From Pirellulales bacterium (GTDB lineage Bacteria > Planctomycetota > Planctomycetia > Pirellulales > JALHPA01), in NCBI GenBank assembly GCA_963829655.1, contig CAWHJG010000002.1, forward strand, positions 4,290,523-4,354,522: a stretch of DNA of 64,000 nucleotides. Direction: 5' to 3'. The notes under the pieces were generated by a model. That model saw only the letters and a list, made by a program, of their open reading frames with translations. It ran no database searches and had not been told where the DNA came from. Position numbers and translations under genes: made by a program. Below, piece by piece: positions 11,101-24,200 of the stretch (its first letter is position 1; each line of letters starts with the position of its first letter).

Positions 11101-14100
11101 CAGAATGTGGCCGTGCGTCCAGGCCAGGTCGAAGACACGATCGGCCAGGCTGGAGTCGCTGTACTTCTCGGTCAGCGCTTCGATACCTGCGCGCGACTCG
11201 GCCACACCGGTGACAATGTCGATCCGCACGGGCTCGTTCGGCTCTAGCAGCACGGTCTGGCGGATGCTGACGATCGGATCGAGCACGGATCCTTCACTGT
11301 TCGAAAGACTCGTCTTACCATCGAGAGCCGCGGGGAACGCGAGCGTCCGGTGCCGGCCGATAAAACGCATCCGGTCGGTCTCGTACGACGGCTCGCCAAG
11401 GGCGGCGCCTCGAACCGTCATCATGTGCGTCATCCAAGGCGGCAGCTCCTCGGCCGAGCGCGGCCGGCGGGTGCAATAAATCGCCTGACGGCTGCGAATC
11501 AGCTCGGTCTGCACGAACAGGTTGCTGAAGGCCGGATGCGCCTCGTCCTGGGCCTGGGTCGCCAGGACGACTTCCGCATAGCTGGTGATCTCGATGATGC
11601 GCGGCGTCTCTGAGCGATTCGTAAGCGTCAAGCGTCGCAGTTCAATGTCATCCTCGGGCGAGACGCTAATCTGGGTGTACGTCTCGATTTGGTCGTCGGC
11701 ACGGCGGAACTCAGCCCGCGACTGCGTGAAGATCGCCTCATACGCCTTGGCAGGCTTCGTCGTCGGCTGCCAGGTGTTGGACCACAGAGTGCCGCTTTCC
11801 GCATCTCGCAAATAGCAGAAGCTGCCGTAGCAATCCCGCGTCGCATCCTCGCGCCAACGCGTCACCGCCAGGTCGCGCCAGCGGCTATATCCGCCGCCGG
11901 CACTCGTTACGGCAACGTGATAACGGCCGTTGGAGAGCACATGGGCTTCTACCGCCGCGCTGTTGGGGTCGGTGAAGACGCGCATGCTGCCCGTTTCCTC
12001 CGCGGAAGCGAGGCGCGTGGCGCTGACTTCGCTCGCGTGCGGGACTACGGGCGCCACCGCTTTGGGAACGCGCTCTTGCAGGAGCAGGTCGGCCGCGCGC
12101 AGCATGGGATCGGCCAGAAAGCGGCGCTGCATAGGCTTGTCGAGCAGTAGATACGCCAGCGACAGCAGGACCATGCCTTGGTGATGCGCCATGAACTGCC
12201 GCACGGTGACTCGATCCGCACCCGGCGGCAACCGCGAAGGGGTGTAATCCACCGCTTCATAAAAGCCGTACGGGCCTTGCTGGCCGTCGGCGTCCAGACG
12301 CTCCAGATTGCGACAGGCCGCCTCCGGCGCCACCATCAACGCTAGTGCGCTCGCATAAGGCGCAACCACCAGGTCGTCGGCCAGGCCGCGCTTCAGCCCC
12401 AGCCCAGGCACGCCAAACGCCCGATATTGATAGGTCTTGTGCTGATCGAGGGCGTTATAGCCGGACTCGGACATTCCCCATGGTACGCCGCGTTGCCGGC
12501 CGTATTCGATCTGCCGGCGGACGACGGCGTGATAGGTGCGGTCGAGCAGCGTATTCTCATAGTTCGGCATCACCAATAGCGGCATCAAATACTCGAACAT
12601 CGACCCGCTCCAGCTCAAGAGCGCAGGCGCGCTGCCCGCGCTTGTCAACAGTCGGCCAAGTGCGAACCAATGCTCCTGACCGAAATTGCCCTGGGCGATG
12701 ACGATGAAACTGGCCAGTCGCGCTTCGGACGCTAGGAGATCGTAAAAGCTCGCATCGAGCCGCCGCTCGCTGACGTTGTAGCCAATGGCGAACAAATCAC
12801 GCGCCGAGTTGTACAGCAAACCGAAATCCATGTCGGCCAGGTCGCGGCACTGCGCAGCCACCTCCTCGAACATCCGGATCCGCGCGGCGGCATGCTCCGA
12901 AGAAACGACCAGTGCGGCTCTCAACTGCATGAGCCAGTCTTGCGTCTCGGCGGGCGATTGTCGCATCGCCGTATCGATCAGCGGCAGCGCCGCGCGCTCG
13001 CACGTCCGCGACATTCCGCAGCGTGGGAGCGGTGTCTAGACGATGGAGTGTCTCTCGCAACTGGTCCAACTGCTCGATTGGTTCGCCACCATTAAGCCCC
13101 CATATCCTGGACGGGGGAGCAGGCAGCGCCAGCCACGTAGCCAAGTGCAGCAAGTCGGCATGGTGGTCGATACAGGATCGCTCGTAGGCGCTTGCCCACC
13201 ACGCAAGCTCGGCGTTGCTGCTGCCCGCAGCGGCGGTCAATTCTGCGGCTGCCTTCCCCAGCCTGACCAGCAAGGCGTTGGCGGCGCGCGAGCGATGAGG
13301 GAGCCCGGTCGAGATCGTCGATTTGGCGCTCGATCTTGCGCAGCATGTCGGCACTGGCCGCCGGCACGTCCGTGCCACGGGCCACGTCCAGAAGCACCCG
13401 CAACGTATCGCGTAAGCCGCCGAACACTCGCGGCGGCAAGACGGGCGCCTCGCTCAGTTCCGCGCAGCCGCTGGCGAGCACCAGTAGATTGGCTGCCAGG
13501 TTGCCGCTATCGACCGTCGAAACATAGCGGGGGTGCAAGGGCGCGAGCGAACGGGTGTCGTACCAGTTGAAGAAGTGCCCCCGATAGCGCTCCATCCGCG
13601 AAAGTGATTCAAAGGTATGCTGGGTTCGCACTAGCAACTGCGCAGCCGAGCAATAGCCGAAATCGTAGGCCGCCAGATTAGCAAGTAGCGCCATGCCGAT
13701 GTTCGTTGGACTGGTGCGCGGCGCCACCACCAAATCAGGATTCCGCTGGATGTTGTCCGGTGGCAGCCAATTGTCTTCAGGCGTAACGAACGCTTCGAAG
13801 TACCGCCACGTCTTGCGCGAAAGCTTTTCCAGGAATTGCCGCTGATTCTCGGAGAGCCGCGGCGCCGGCTTGCGAATTGGTTGACTAAGCCACCAAGCGA
13901 TCAGCGGCGCCGCAATCCACGCGGCGATCAAAGGCCCCGCATAGAACAGTACCGGGGGATTGTAGTACGCGAGTGACAACAATACCGCGGCGGCGAGCGC
14001 GGGAGAGAAAGCCATTGAGCGGAACGTGGCCACCAGGCTTCCGTTGCCGCCTCGTTCAGAGTCGCTGGCCGTCTTCCATTCGAGCAGATGTCGCTTGGTC

Positions 14101-16884
14101 CAAGCGATGCGGAGCAGCGTGCGCACAATCGCATCGCTACTGATGTATGCCTCGTAAGGCAAAAAGATGATTAACAGCACACGCTGGGAAAGTGGCCGTC
14201 CCAAGGACTGCAGCGTGGCCCGCAAATGTATGGGCAGCGGCAAATCAACAGGCTTGTGAAGCAGATCTGCCGCAGCGTCGAACAGCGTAGGAAGCAGAAG
14301 CACGCTCGCCAGGAAAAGCAGTGAGGCCGCTGCCATGGTCGGCGAGACGAACCAAGACACAAGCAGCAGGAGGAGCATTGCCACCGGAGTCAGACTGCGG
14401 CGGAGATTGTCGAAAATCTTCCATCGCGACAAGGCAGAGATCGGGTTGCGGATGTATCGGCCGGACCGACCGGGCACCCAAGGCAGCAGCCAAGCGGCGA
14501 TCTGCCAATCCCCACGCATCCAACGATGTCGGCGGGCGATGTCGCCCGCGTACCGCGAAGGATGCTCTTCGTACAACGTCACATCGCTGAGCAGGGCGGA
14601 ACGAGAATATGCGCCCTCAATCAAGTCATGGCTGAGAATCGCGTTTTCGGGAAAGTCGCCGCAGCACTGCTCGAAGGAATCGACGTCGTAGATCCCCTTG
14701 CCAATGAACGACCCTTCGCCAAACAGATCCTGATACACGTCCGAGACGACCCGGGTGTACGGATCGACGCCCGTATCCCCAGCATACAGTTGCACGAAGC
14801 GCGACCGCCGAGCACTGGGCAGGCTGACGCCGACTCGCGGCTGCAGAATCGTGTAGCCATCGACGACGCGACAATTCTGTGCATCGAAGACAGGCCGATT
14901 GAGCCGATGTGCAAGCGTACCCACCATGAGGCGCGCCGCGTCGCGCGGCAACTGCGTGTCGGTGTCGAGCGTGATGACGTAGCGCACGCTCTGCAGGATC
15001 GCGACATCGCCGACGACTTCCGCGAAACGCCCATTCGCGCCGCGGAGCATGGCGTTCAGATCGGCCAGCTTTCCACGCTTGCGCTCGTAGCCCATCCAAA
15101 CGCCTTCCTGGGCATTCCAGCGGCGCGGGCGATGAAAGAGATAAAAGATGTCACTCCGAGACGGCATATTTCTCATTCAAGCGCTCGACGCCTTCGCGCG
15201 CCAGGCGGACGAGCTCTGCGTCGCCGGGCAGCGTCTCGGCCGTGGCATCAACAAAATCCGTTAATAGCGCAAAGTGCAGGCACGGGTCCCGATTGGCAAG
15301 ATACCGCACTTCAAGCCCGTCCAGCACATGTTCGATTCCGGCAGCGCTCGTGAGCATGGTGGGCACGGCCACGAGCGTGCGATGCTCTGGCGGAATTCCT
15401 TGCTCAAAATCCAAACGCGGCAACGATTGGGGACTGAGCAATTGAGTCGCCAGCCAGTTGACGAGTTCCAGTCCCAGGCCCGAGGCGCAGATCATCGCCG
15501 GCACAACCAGCATGAGCATCGCCGGCCAGCCAGTATCGAGCTGTTGGACAGAGCGCAAAAAAATCAGCGTCGCCGCGAGCGTGACCAGACCGATGGCAGA
15601 AAGGTAACACGGTGAGCGGAAGCCGCCGCCGCAACTTGTCGATCACGACCGCCCGAGAGAGCCGCATTTCGGCCACACGTTCCAGCACCGGACGGCCGCG
15701 ATCGACCAAGTAAATAACCTACGTGAGCTGCGCGGTCATTGGGCTTCTCGCGGGCATGACCTTCGGCCAGTTGCACTGCCTTGAGCGCCACGTCGTACTC
15801 GGTCAGGTGACTGCGGCGGGCAATGCCTTCGACGGCGTGTCGGTAGCGGTCACGGGTCGCGAAATCCATTTTCGCATAAAGGCCCGACGGGATCCGCTGC
15901 CAGCGTCTGCTCGACAAGGCTCTGCTCGCCGACGAATTGGCGCCAATCGTTGGAATTCAAAAACCGCAGGCTGCTGATGCTATTGCCGATCGAAACCTGG
16001 TCGGCCGCCTGAGCTTGTCCCTCGGCGCGAACCAGTTCCTCGGTCGTCATGCCTTCGTCGGCTAAGCGATGCTCAAGCCAGCTATTGGCGAAGGCGAAGT
16101 TCGGGTTTTGCCCCTGCAAATGACGCGTTAGCTCTGCCAGGAAAGCCCCGGAGAAAGGCGGGTTGGCGCGGGCCATATCCGCGAGCACCAGGATCAGGTC
16201 CGTGGGCTTCTGCTCGACAACCCGGACCATGCGATCCGCCCAATCACCGGCCAAATCGCGGTCGCGGCGCCTCGCTGCAATCCGAACCGCGACGCGACGA
16301 AGGTTTTCGATCAGCGCCAGACGCAGCATCAGCGGCAGCGCCCATAGCTCGCCAAGCTTGAGCGGCTCGACGGATTGATACGATGTGATGAAGCCGTTGA
16401 GGCTGGCAGAATCGACGCGCCCATCGACGTGAGCGATCAGCTCGAGGGCGATGCCATAAGCACGCGGAAGGTTTGCGGCAGGCCCGCTCGCCAGGCGAGG
16501 CAGTTCGCGGCTAAAGGAGGGCGGCAAGAGCCGCCTGATCGCGCGGATTTGCTCTTCGATCAGGTAGAAATTGTCAAGCAGCCATTCGGCGGCCGGCTCG
16601 ATGCGGCGGTTTTGATCGGCCGCCGCCGTCACGAGATCGTAGGTCTCAATCAGCACGCGCTCGTTGTCATCAAGCCGCCGCAATAACGTGTCGCGTACCC
16701 GGCCCGCGGCCAATTGGTGCGACGCCGCGATTGCCTTCGCGTGCCGCTCCAACTGATCGATACTGAATAGTTCTGCCCGTAGCGGCTGTTGGTCCGCGGG
16801 TTCGGTGAATGACGACGCCGGATCAGCGGACTGGCGCCAGGACATCAGCCGGAGGAACTTTTTCGAGATGGCCGGAACATGCAC
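8123..16884 (-). CDS. ndvB: Cyclic beta-1,2-glucan synthase / GH94 phosphorylase (NdvB/ChvB-like), about 10 frameshifts
   Basis: Consecutive ORFs with [103 protein letters not shown]. Stop TAG at 8123. Confidence 0.9.
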
Positions 16885-17238
16885 TTAGTCGCCTTTTGCT
16901 TCTGAGCCGTCACTGACAGCAAGAGCGAAAGATCTGAGTATAGTTGGACTCAAGCATTTTCCGAACCGGCAGAAGACGTGCGCCGCGGGTCGGCCGCTGA
17001 ACTTGTAATTGATCAACACTCTCGCGCGGCAGAGAAACGACAAACAGTGCCGAAATAGGTTGGCTACTTAGCAACCTCGATCTACCCGCTGTGGCAACGA
17101 AGAAAGGACGCAAGTTCGAGTTTTGCCACCTCCCATTTCAAGCGCCGACTACTCGTCCTCTGAGTGGTTCTTGCACGAACCTGCTTCCGACACTTCACAT
17201 CACATGGACCGCTAAACCAACCACGAGCCAGTGTATTA

Positions 17239-17394
<156 letters not shown>

Positions 17395-17554
17395 CTATTG
17401 GCCCATTCGCGAACGAGATCGAGAATCCGCAAGTTCGATACCAAAGCCTCAGGGTTGAATTGCGGAACACTTGGCGCGGTCCTTCTCATCGAAACGGCTG
17501 TACGAACTCGGCATCGGCTTCGTGGCATATGTCCGCTAGGCCGCGCCTTCCTAA

Positions 17555-17696
17555 CGGTGCCAGCGCCGAAGTCCACCACGGCGTCTCCCGCAACAACGCC
17601 CGCATCATCGATCAGCAATTCGACGAGCGCAGCGGGATAGGTTGGCCGGGAGCGTCGGTAGGAGTTGGCCTGTTGCGAGAAGTCTCCCAGCGTCAC
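17555..17696 (-). pseudogene. Class I SAM methyltransferase, N-terminal fragment
   Basis: FSQQANSYRRSRPTYP..VVDFGAGT, then similarity stops abruptly. Confidence 0.7.
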
Positions 17697-17966
17697 ATTC
17701 GTCTCCGATCAGAATCAATTTGCTTGAGCCAATAGAGAATAGCAGCTGGCAGCTCTCCTGCCGCAGCGTTTAAATCGGCAGCTTTTCTGGCCGATTTCGC
17801 TGCACCCTTCGGTGCCTTCCCGCGCCGATCGGAAGGGCCAATCGCCTAACCCTGTCAGAACACGCGCAGAAAGACGGTCGTCGAATACTATCTCAGCCCC
17901 AACAGGGCGTTTGCCGCCGAGACGCTGTTTTGTAGCAGAAAGAGAAGCTCCCCGAGAACAACCCTC

Positions 17967-18101
17967 TTACGGAAGTTCTCTCTGGGAAGCGGCTTCCACC
18001 ATATGGTTATCGGCTCCGAGTGCAATCCGTTCGCGCCGGGCGTAATGGTTCGGCTCGTTGGTTCGGTCGATGATGATGCGCGAACCGGGCGGCAGATTCA
18101 T
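17967..18101 (-). CDS. Small hypothetical protein (44 aa), possibly leaderless
   Basis: TACTCT-6 nt-ATG; no recognisable homology. Confidence 0.3.
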   Translation of the reverse strand: MNLPPGSRIIIDRTNEPNHYARRERIALGADNHMVEAASQRELP

Positions 18102-18437
18102 TCCCGCAGAGTAGCGACGAGCGGCAGCGCCGCAAGCGGAATGCAAAACGCTGGCAGAAGATTGGCCACGAAGTGGTTTTCCGTTGCCGGTGAAGCGCGT
18201 CTGAACAGTGTGTTGGCCGAAGGGCGCGTAGTTGGTGCTAACGGCCAATGACCGGAGTGGGCGTGTCCCACGCCATCTTGAACAGCGCGTACGCGGTCAG
18301 AGCGAAAAGCGCCGGCAGCAACATTGGCAACCATTTGGCAATTGCGCGAGCCGTGTTGGAGCGTGTCTGCGGTGCTTTGTACGGGTTCACGTCCATCACC
18401 ATTTGCGGCTTCGATTGACGGGTGGTGTGCTAAGGGC

Positions 18438-18791
18438 CTATTGGCGCAGAGGGTTATCCACGCCCCACTCCCAAGCCGGCTTCACAACGTCGGCCTCGGG
18501 AAACAGGCGTTGCGCCTTCTGGAAGTCCGATTCGTCGTCAGTGGATAGAACCACGAACTGCGCTCCCTCCTCACCAAAAACCCAAATCAGACTGGGTGCC
18601 TCAACGGATTGACCGGGCTGAGTATGGATAATGGCGTTCAGCTCGCCACCCTCACCCACGAAGTCGCGCCTATCCCGAATCCAGTTGAGGCTCGATGCTA
18701 CCCATCCAGCCAAAAGCGCGACCAATGTCACCACCACGAACAGCGTTCGTAAACTAAAGCGAAACCAGCGTCGTCTCGGCTTTTCGTGCAT
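18438..18791 (-). CDS. Planctomycete-type small membrane protein (RRWFRFSLRTL N-terminus)
   Basis: Motif plus TM helix; paralog of 30556..30894; leaderless promoter GCTACAATACCCGC-ATG. Confidence 0.75.
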   Translation of the reverse strand: MHEKPRRRWFRFSLRTLFVVVTLVALLAGWVASSLNWIRDRRDFVGEGGELNAIIHTQPGQSVEAPSLIWVFGEEGAQFVVLSTDDESDFQKAQRLFPEADVVKPAWEWGVDNPLRQ

Positions 18792-18940
18792 GCGGGTATT
18801 GTAGCGGGCGGCTTACTCGTCGTCGGGTTCGTCCGCCGCTGCACGATTACGCGCAGGATTATGTCGTCCGGCACAAAGCTGCGCCACCGCCCAAACCCCC
18901 GCCCCTCCGAGATTCCTTCCTTAATACCTATTCAATTTTG

Positions 18941-18970
18941 TTGACACTACGCCAGGGCGACTGTTAGGTT
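18941..18970 (+). promoter_or_regulatory. Sigma70-type promoter of the PEP-CTERM polyprotein gene
   Basis: TTGACA(18941)-18 nt-TAGGTT(18965) with extended TG; ~400 nt leader to ATG 19376. Confidence 0.55.
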
Positions 18971-19166
18971 ATTCGCCGGTGGGCCACCGGCCGCGTTGGG
19001 CATAACAGGCCGGCTCTTGAATTGGTGTGGTTTGACCGCAACGCTGCGTCAGGGCCGCGCGTGCGGGTTCGTTAGCGGTTTCAATCTTGCTTCCCGCTCT
19101 TTACCGCGCCTGCTCGGCACTCATCGATTTCCTGCGCATTCTCCTCGCGTGGGCGAGATCCTCATT

Positions 19167-19295
19167 CCCTGGCCTGAGCTTGGCCGAAGGCCCTGTCCTG
19201 AGCTTGCCTGCCATGAGCTTGTCGAACCGGTCGAAGGACGCATTCGCTCGCCTGAGCACCGCCGAAGGCCCTGGCCTGACCTCGGTCGAAGGCCC
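19167..19295. repeat. Cluster of REP-like CCTGAG-N5/6-CGAAGG repeats (4 copies plus 1 nested)
   Basis: cctgagcttggccgaagg 19173; cctgagcttg[..catgagcttgtcgaa..]gtcgaagg 19197; cctgagcaccgccgaagg 19251; cctgacctcggtcgaagg 19275. Confidence 0.75.
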
Positions 19296-19375
19296 CATTT
19301 CCTCTTCATTCATCCGTCCGTCAAGGCGCCCTCCGCCTTTGCATCATCGTTTCATACTCCTTCCTGGAGCTCGTC

Positions 19376-21290
19376 ATGCACGCCCTCATCCGCGTTACGG
19401 CCGCGCCGGGCCAATCCCGCCGCCGCATGCTTCCGCTGGCTCTTTCGCTCGCGGCACTCCTACTGTTTTCGCACGCGCCCTCGCTTCCCGCCGCGATCTT
19501 CCGCTGGGATAACCAGGCGCTCATTCCCGGCACCGCGCTCATCACTCCCGGCCCCGGCGTCCAGCTTGATCACCGCGATCTGGCCTTTGCCAACCTGTCG
19601 AACGTCAATCTCACCGGCGCAAACTTCAATTCCAGCAACTTGAGCAATGCACTTCTTCAGAGCACGACTCTCACCTCAGTGGACTTTTCGAGTGCGCAGA
19701 TCGGCGGAGCAAACTTCGAATTTGCAACCTTTCGTGGTCTCACCGCGGCGCAAATCTACAGCACAGCCAGTTATCAGGAAAAGAATCTCGCATCCATACG
19801 TTTCGCGAACAACAACCTGACCGGCTGGGATTTTGCGCCAAATTCTGACAGGCGTTTCGTTCCTCAGCGCCACGCTAACGGGCGTCGATCTCACGGGCGC
19901 CGAGATTGGTGGAACTTCATTGACCGGCACCACGTCGCGCGGATTCACGAAGGAACAGCTCTATAGCACCGCCAGCTATCTGCGAAAGGATCTTTCGTCT
20001 GTAGGCCTGGGAAGCAACGACCTCTCGGGATGGGATTTCGGCGGCTTTAATCTGACGCGCACCAGCTTCAACGGGAGTACGTTATTAAATACGAACTTCG
20101 CCGATGCAATCGTCGATCGAGGGATATTTGACCGTGCCACGCCGCGCGGCTTCAGCTACGAACAGCTCGCAAGCACTGCCACCTTTCAACAGAGGAATCT
20201 CGTCGGCATGAGTTTCTCGGAAAACGATCTGACCGGTTGGAATTTCAGCGTTCAGAATTTGAGACAGTCGCAGATTTCGCAATCGAATCTCACCAGAGCA
20301 AATTTCTCGGACGCGGATCTGACCAATGTCTCATTCGTTTTGAGTTCGGGTATCGATACCGCCGATTTTTCCGACGCCATCGTAAACGGCGCACATTTCG
20401 CGCTAACAACTCTTACGAAGGAGCAGCTCTATACCACCGCCAGCTACAAGCAAAAAGATCTCAGCCGAACAATTTTGCAAAGCATGGATTTGACGGCCGG
20501 AGACCTAAGCGGACAGAACCTTTCGAGCGCAAATCTCGGCGGTGCGCGACTCACAGGCGCAGACTTCACCGGTGCCATCATCCAAGGCGTGGCGATTAAC
20601 ACGACCTCAGGCAACTTTACGGCGGCGCAGCTCTATAGCACCGCCAGCCACCAACAAAAGAATCTCAAGGGCATTGCGCTAAGCGGTGATTTGTCCGGAT
20701 GGGATTTCAGTGGGCAGAATCTTATCCAGTCCAATCTTGGCGAAACTGTATTGACCAACGCAAACTTCTCCGAGGCCGACGTCCGAAGTGGCACGGGTTT
20801 ACCGTCCTCTCCCACGACCATTCTCCGAAATACCATCCGGCCCGATGGCAGAATTCGCGGCTTAGAATTGACCGGCACTGAGTCGTTGTTGGTCCGCGAC
20901 TTTGAGTTGGCAATCAACGTGACTCAGGGCTTTGCCATGTCGCAACAAGGAACTCTTAACCTGCAACTAGCCGACGCCTCGTGGGGTTCCAAAATCACCT
21001 TCACGCCAAGCCTGATTCCCGATCTCGGCGGAGTCTTAGAGCTCAGCTTTGCCGCGTCTGCCGATCTCGCGACACCTGGCGCGGTCTTCGATTTGTTCGA
21101 TTGGCCATCCCCACTCGACGCGGCAAATCGCTTCGACCGGATAGAGGTACCGACTGGATCAGAGTGGGATTTGACCCAGCTCTATACCACCGGCGAAGTC
21201 CGCCTCCTCGCCATCCCGGAGCCGGCTTCCATCGCGCTTTTCGCAATTGCCCTAATACCACTGTTCATTCTGCGTCGTTCCCGCCGCCTG
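19376..21290 (+). other. Polyprotein module 1: pentapeptide-repeat PEP-CTERM protein
   Basis: ANLSNVNLTGANF, repeated QLYSTASY, IPEPASIALFAIALIPLFILRRSRR. Confidence 0.85.
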
Positions 21291-24200
21291 GTTCGTACAC
21301 TGGCTCTTTCACTCGCGGCACTCCTACTGTTTTCGCACACGCCCTCGCTCCGCGCCGCCATTTTTCGTTGGGATAACCAGGCGCTGATCCCCGGCACCGC
21401 GCTCATCATTCCCGGCCCCGGCGTCCAACTGGATCACCGCGACCTGGACTTCGCCAACCTCTCGAACGTCAATCTTACCCGCGCAAACTTCAATTCCAGC
21501 AACTTGAGCAATGCACTTTTTGAGCGCTCAGACCTCGGTTCCGCTGACTTTTCCGAAGCGCAAATCGGCGGAGCAAATTTCTCTTTTACCACGCTTCGTG
21601 GTTTAACCGCGGCGCAAATTTACAGCACAGCCAGTTATCGGGATAAGAATCTCACTTCGGTGCGTTTCCCGAACAACGATCTGACCGGCTGGAACTTCCG
21701 CGGCGTCAACTTGTCAGGCGCTTCGTTCCTCGAAACCAGGCTAACGGGCGTCGATCTGACAGACGCCGAGATTGCCGGCAGCAGCTCTCCCGCCCGGTCT
21801 ACTACATTGACTGGCACTACATCTCGCGGATTTACCAAGGAGCAGCTTTCCAGCACCGCCAGCTATCGGCGGAAAGACCTTTCGTTCGTTGTGCTGGGTA
21901 ACAACGATCTCTCCGGCTGGAACTTCGGCGGCTTCAATCTGACTCGCACCAGCTTCAGTGGGAGTACGTTGCTAAATACGAACTTCGCCAATGCAATCAT
22001 CGATCGCGGAACGTTCAGCCGTACTACCCCTGGCGGCTTCACCCACGAACAGCTCGCAAGCACTGCCAACTTTCAACAGTCGAACCTCGTAGCGATGCAT
22101 TTCTCAGAGAATGATCTCACCCGCTGGAATTTTAGCGGTCAAAACTTGACTTTCACGAGTTTTGAACAATCGAATCTCACCAACGTCATCTTTTCTGGCG
22201 CGAATCTGACCAGCACTCACTTCGCTCACAGCTTCGGCATCGACACTGCCGACTTTTCCGATGCCATCATAAATGGTGCAGGTTTCACGTTAACAACGTT
22301 TACGAAGGAGCAGCTCTATACCACCGCCAGTTACAAACAGAAGGACCTTAGCCGAATCAATTTTGGTGCTGTTGACTTCAGAGGCGTGGACTTAACCAGC
22401 CAGAACTTTTTCAACACTAACCTGTCGCTTACCAACCTGTCTGCGTCTGACCTTCGCCGCGCGACAGAAATTGTGCTCACCGGTGCAGTACTTCGCAACG
22501 CAATTCTGCCTGACGGCTCGATTCCAGGCTTGGAACTCAGAAATACCGAGAGACTGGTTGTGCGTGACGTTGACCTGGCCATCAATGTTTCAACCGGCTT
22601 CTCCATGGCCGACCAGGGAACACTGGACCTGCAATTCGCAGACGCCTCGTGGGGTTCCAAAATCACCTTCACGCCAAGCTTAACCCCCGACCTCGGCGGC
22701 GTCCTTGCGCTCAGTTTCGCGCCGTCCGCCGATCTTGCTGCGATGCCTGGAACGGTCTTCGATCTGTTCGATTGGCCGGCGCCGCTTAATGCGGCCAACC
22801 GCTTCGACCGAATCGACACACCCGCTGGATCAGAGTGGGATTTGAGCAACCTCTACACCACCGGCGAAGTCCGGATTCTGGCAATCCCCGAGCCGTCCTC
22901 CTTCGCGCTAACGGCCGTTTGCGCGCTGGCACTCTGCATCATATGGCGAACAAAACGCAAAGGGTCAGTCGCCACCGCCGTTGCATGTCTGCTCGCAGTA
23001 TTGTGCCCTGCGACCCTCCTTGCCGAATCCATCACTGTCGAGCAAGGCAATCAGGTTGTGCGCAGCGGTAACATAACGGTGAATGCCACCGAACAAATCA
23101 CGGTGCGAGATCCCGGCAGCAAACTTGAAATCCAGGACTTTCTCACTTTTGTAAGCGGGATACTTCGCGTGGAGTCGAGTGGCACGCTAAGCACGAATAC
23201 AGGCGGCACGTCACAAAGCCGGCTGAGCGGCGACGGCGCGCGTGCGTTCGTTGTTGGTCCCGGTTCCATGTGGACAGTCGCCGGTCCACTATCCATCGGA
23301 GACCTCTATGAGGGTCATTTAACGATTTCCAATGGAGGAATAGTCGAAAGCGGCCTTCGAGGGAGTTGGTCACGTGTTATTGGCGGGTTGGGCGACCGAG
23401 CTGCCGCAGCATCAACGGCGACCGTGGAAGGTTCGGGTTCTAAGTGGATTGTGCACGCCAATTTGGAGATCGGCGATAGCGGCGAGTCTCATCTTTTCAT
23501 ACGCGACGGCGGCCATGTCACCAGTGGCCTTAACGGTGACCGGACTCGAATCGTGGCGGCGGGACTCGAGCGCGGCGAGCCCCCATCAACGGCTACTGTC
23601 ATCGGCGTCGGTTCCGCGTGGGACATTCACGGTGACTTCTCGGTGGCGAGCTTTGGAAACGCATCTCTCAAAATTCTGAATGGGGGACGTGTGACGTCAG
23701 GAATTGGCGGCCGTACCGACCTTGGTGGATCGGCAACCCGACCCGGCTCCGCAACGGTCGAGGGCGCCAACTCAATTTGGACGATCGAAGGCGCGTTTCA
23801 AATGGGAGTGGGCGACGTGCCTGCGACAATGCGTGTAGCCAATGGGGGATTGCTAAGCGTGGGAACGACCTTTTTCGGCGGGACACGAAGCGTCTTGGAG
23901 CTTGCCGGTGGGAGTGTGGAAGCCGCCGAGATTGTCATGAATGGTGAAATTCGTGGTGGTGGAATGATTGTCGCAGACCTCACGAGTCAAAGCAGATTAG
24001 CTGTCGGCAATTCCGCGGGTCAGTTAAGTATCGGAGGTGACTTTACGCAACTGGCTGGCGCTTCGCTTGCGATGGAGCTGGCTGGCCGAGGCGGAGTGCC
24101 CGGGATCGATTTTGATCAACTTGTCGTGCGCGACGCTGCCTTGTTGCGCGGACGAATTGATGTCACGCTCCTTAACAACTTCGCCCCCGCGAAGGGGGAC

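Noticed and set aside
8601-15353. Long plus-strand ORFs (e.g. 8662..9729, 14526..15353), and similarly 24688..25725 on minus
   Set aside because: Antisense shadows of GC-rich coding genes; no motifs.
19167-19295. CRISPR array
   Set aside because: Repeats are short, degenerate and irregularly spaced, with no unique spacers of constant length and no cas genes.
19435-22900. Diversity-generating retroelement TR/VR pair
   Set aside because: The duplication is kilobase-scale, differences are not adenine-specific, and no reverse transcriptase is present.
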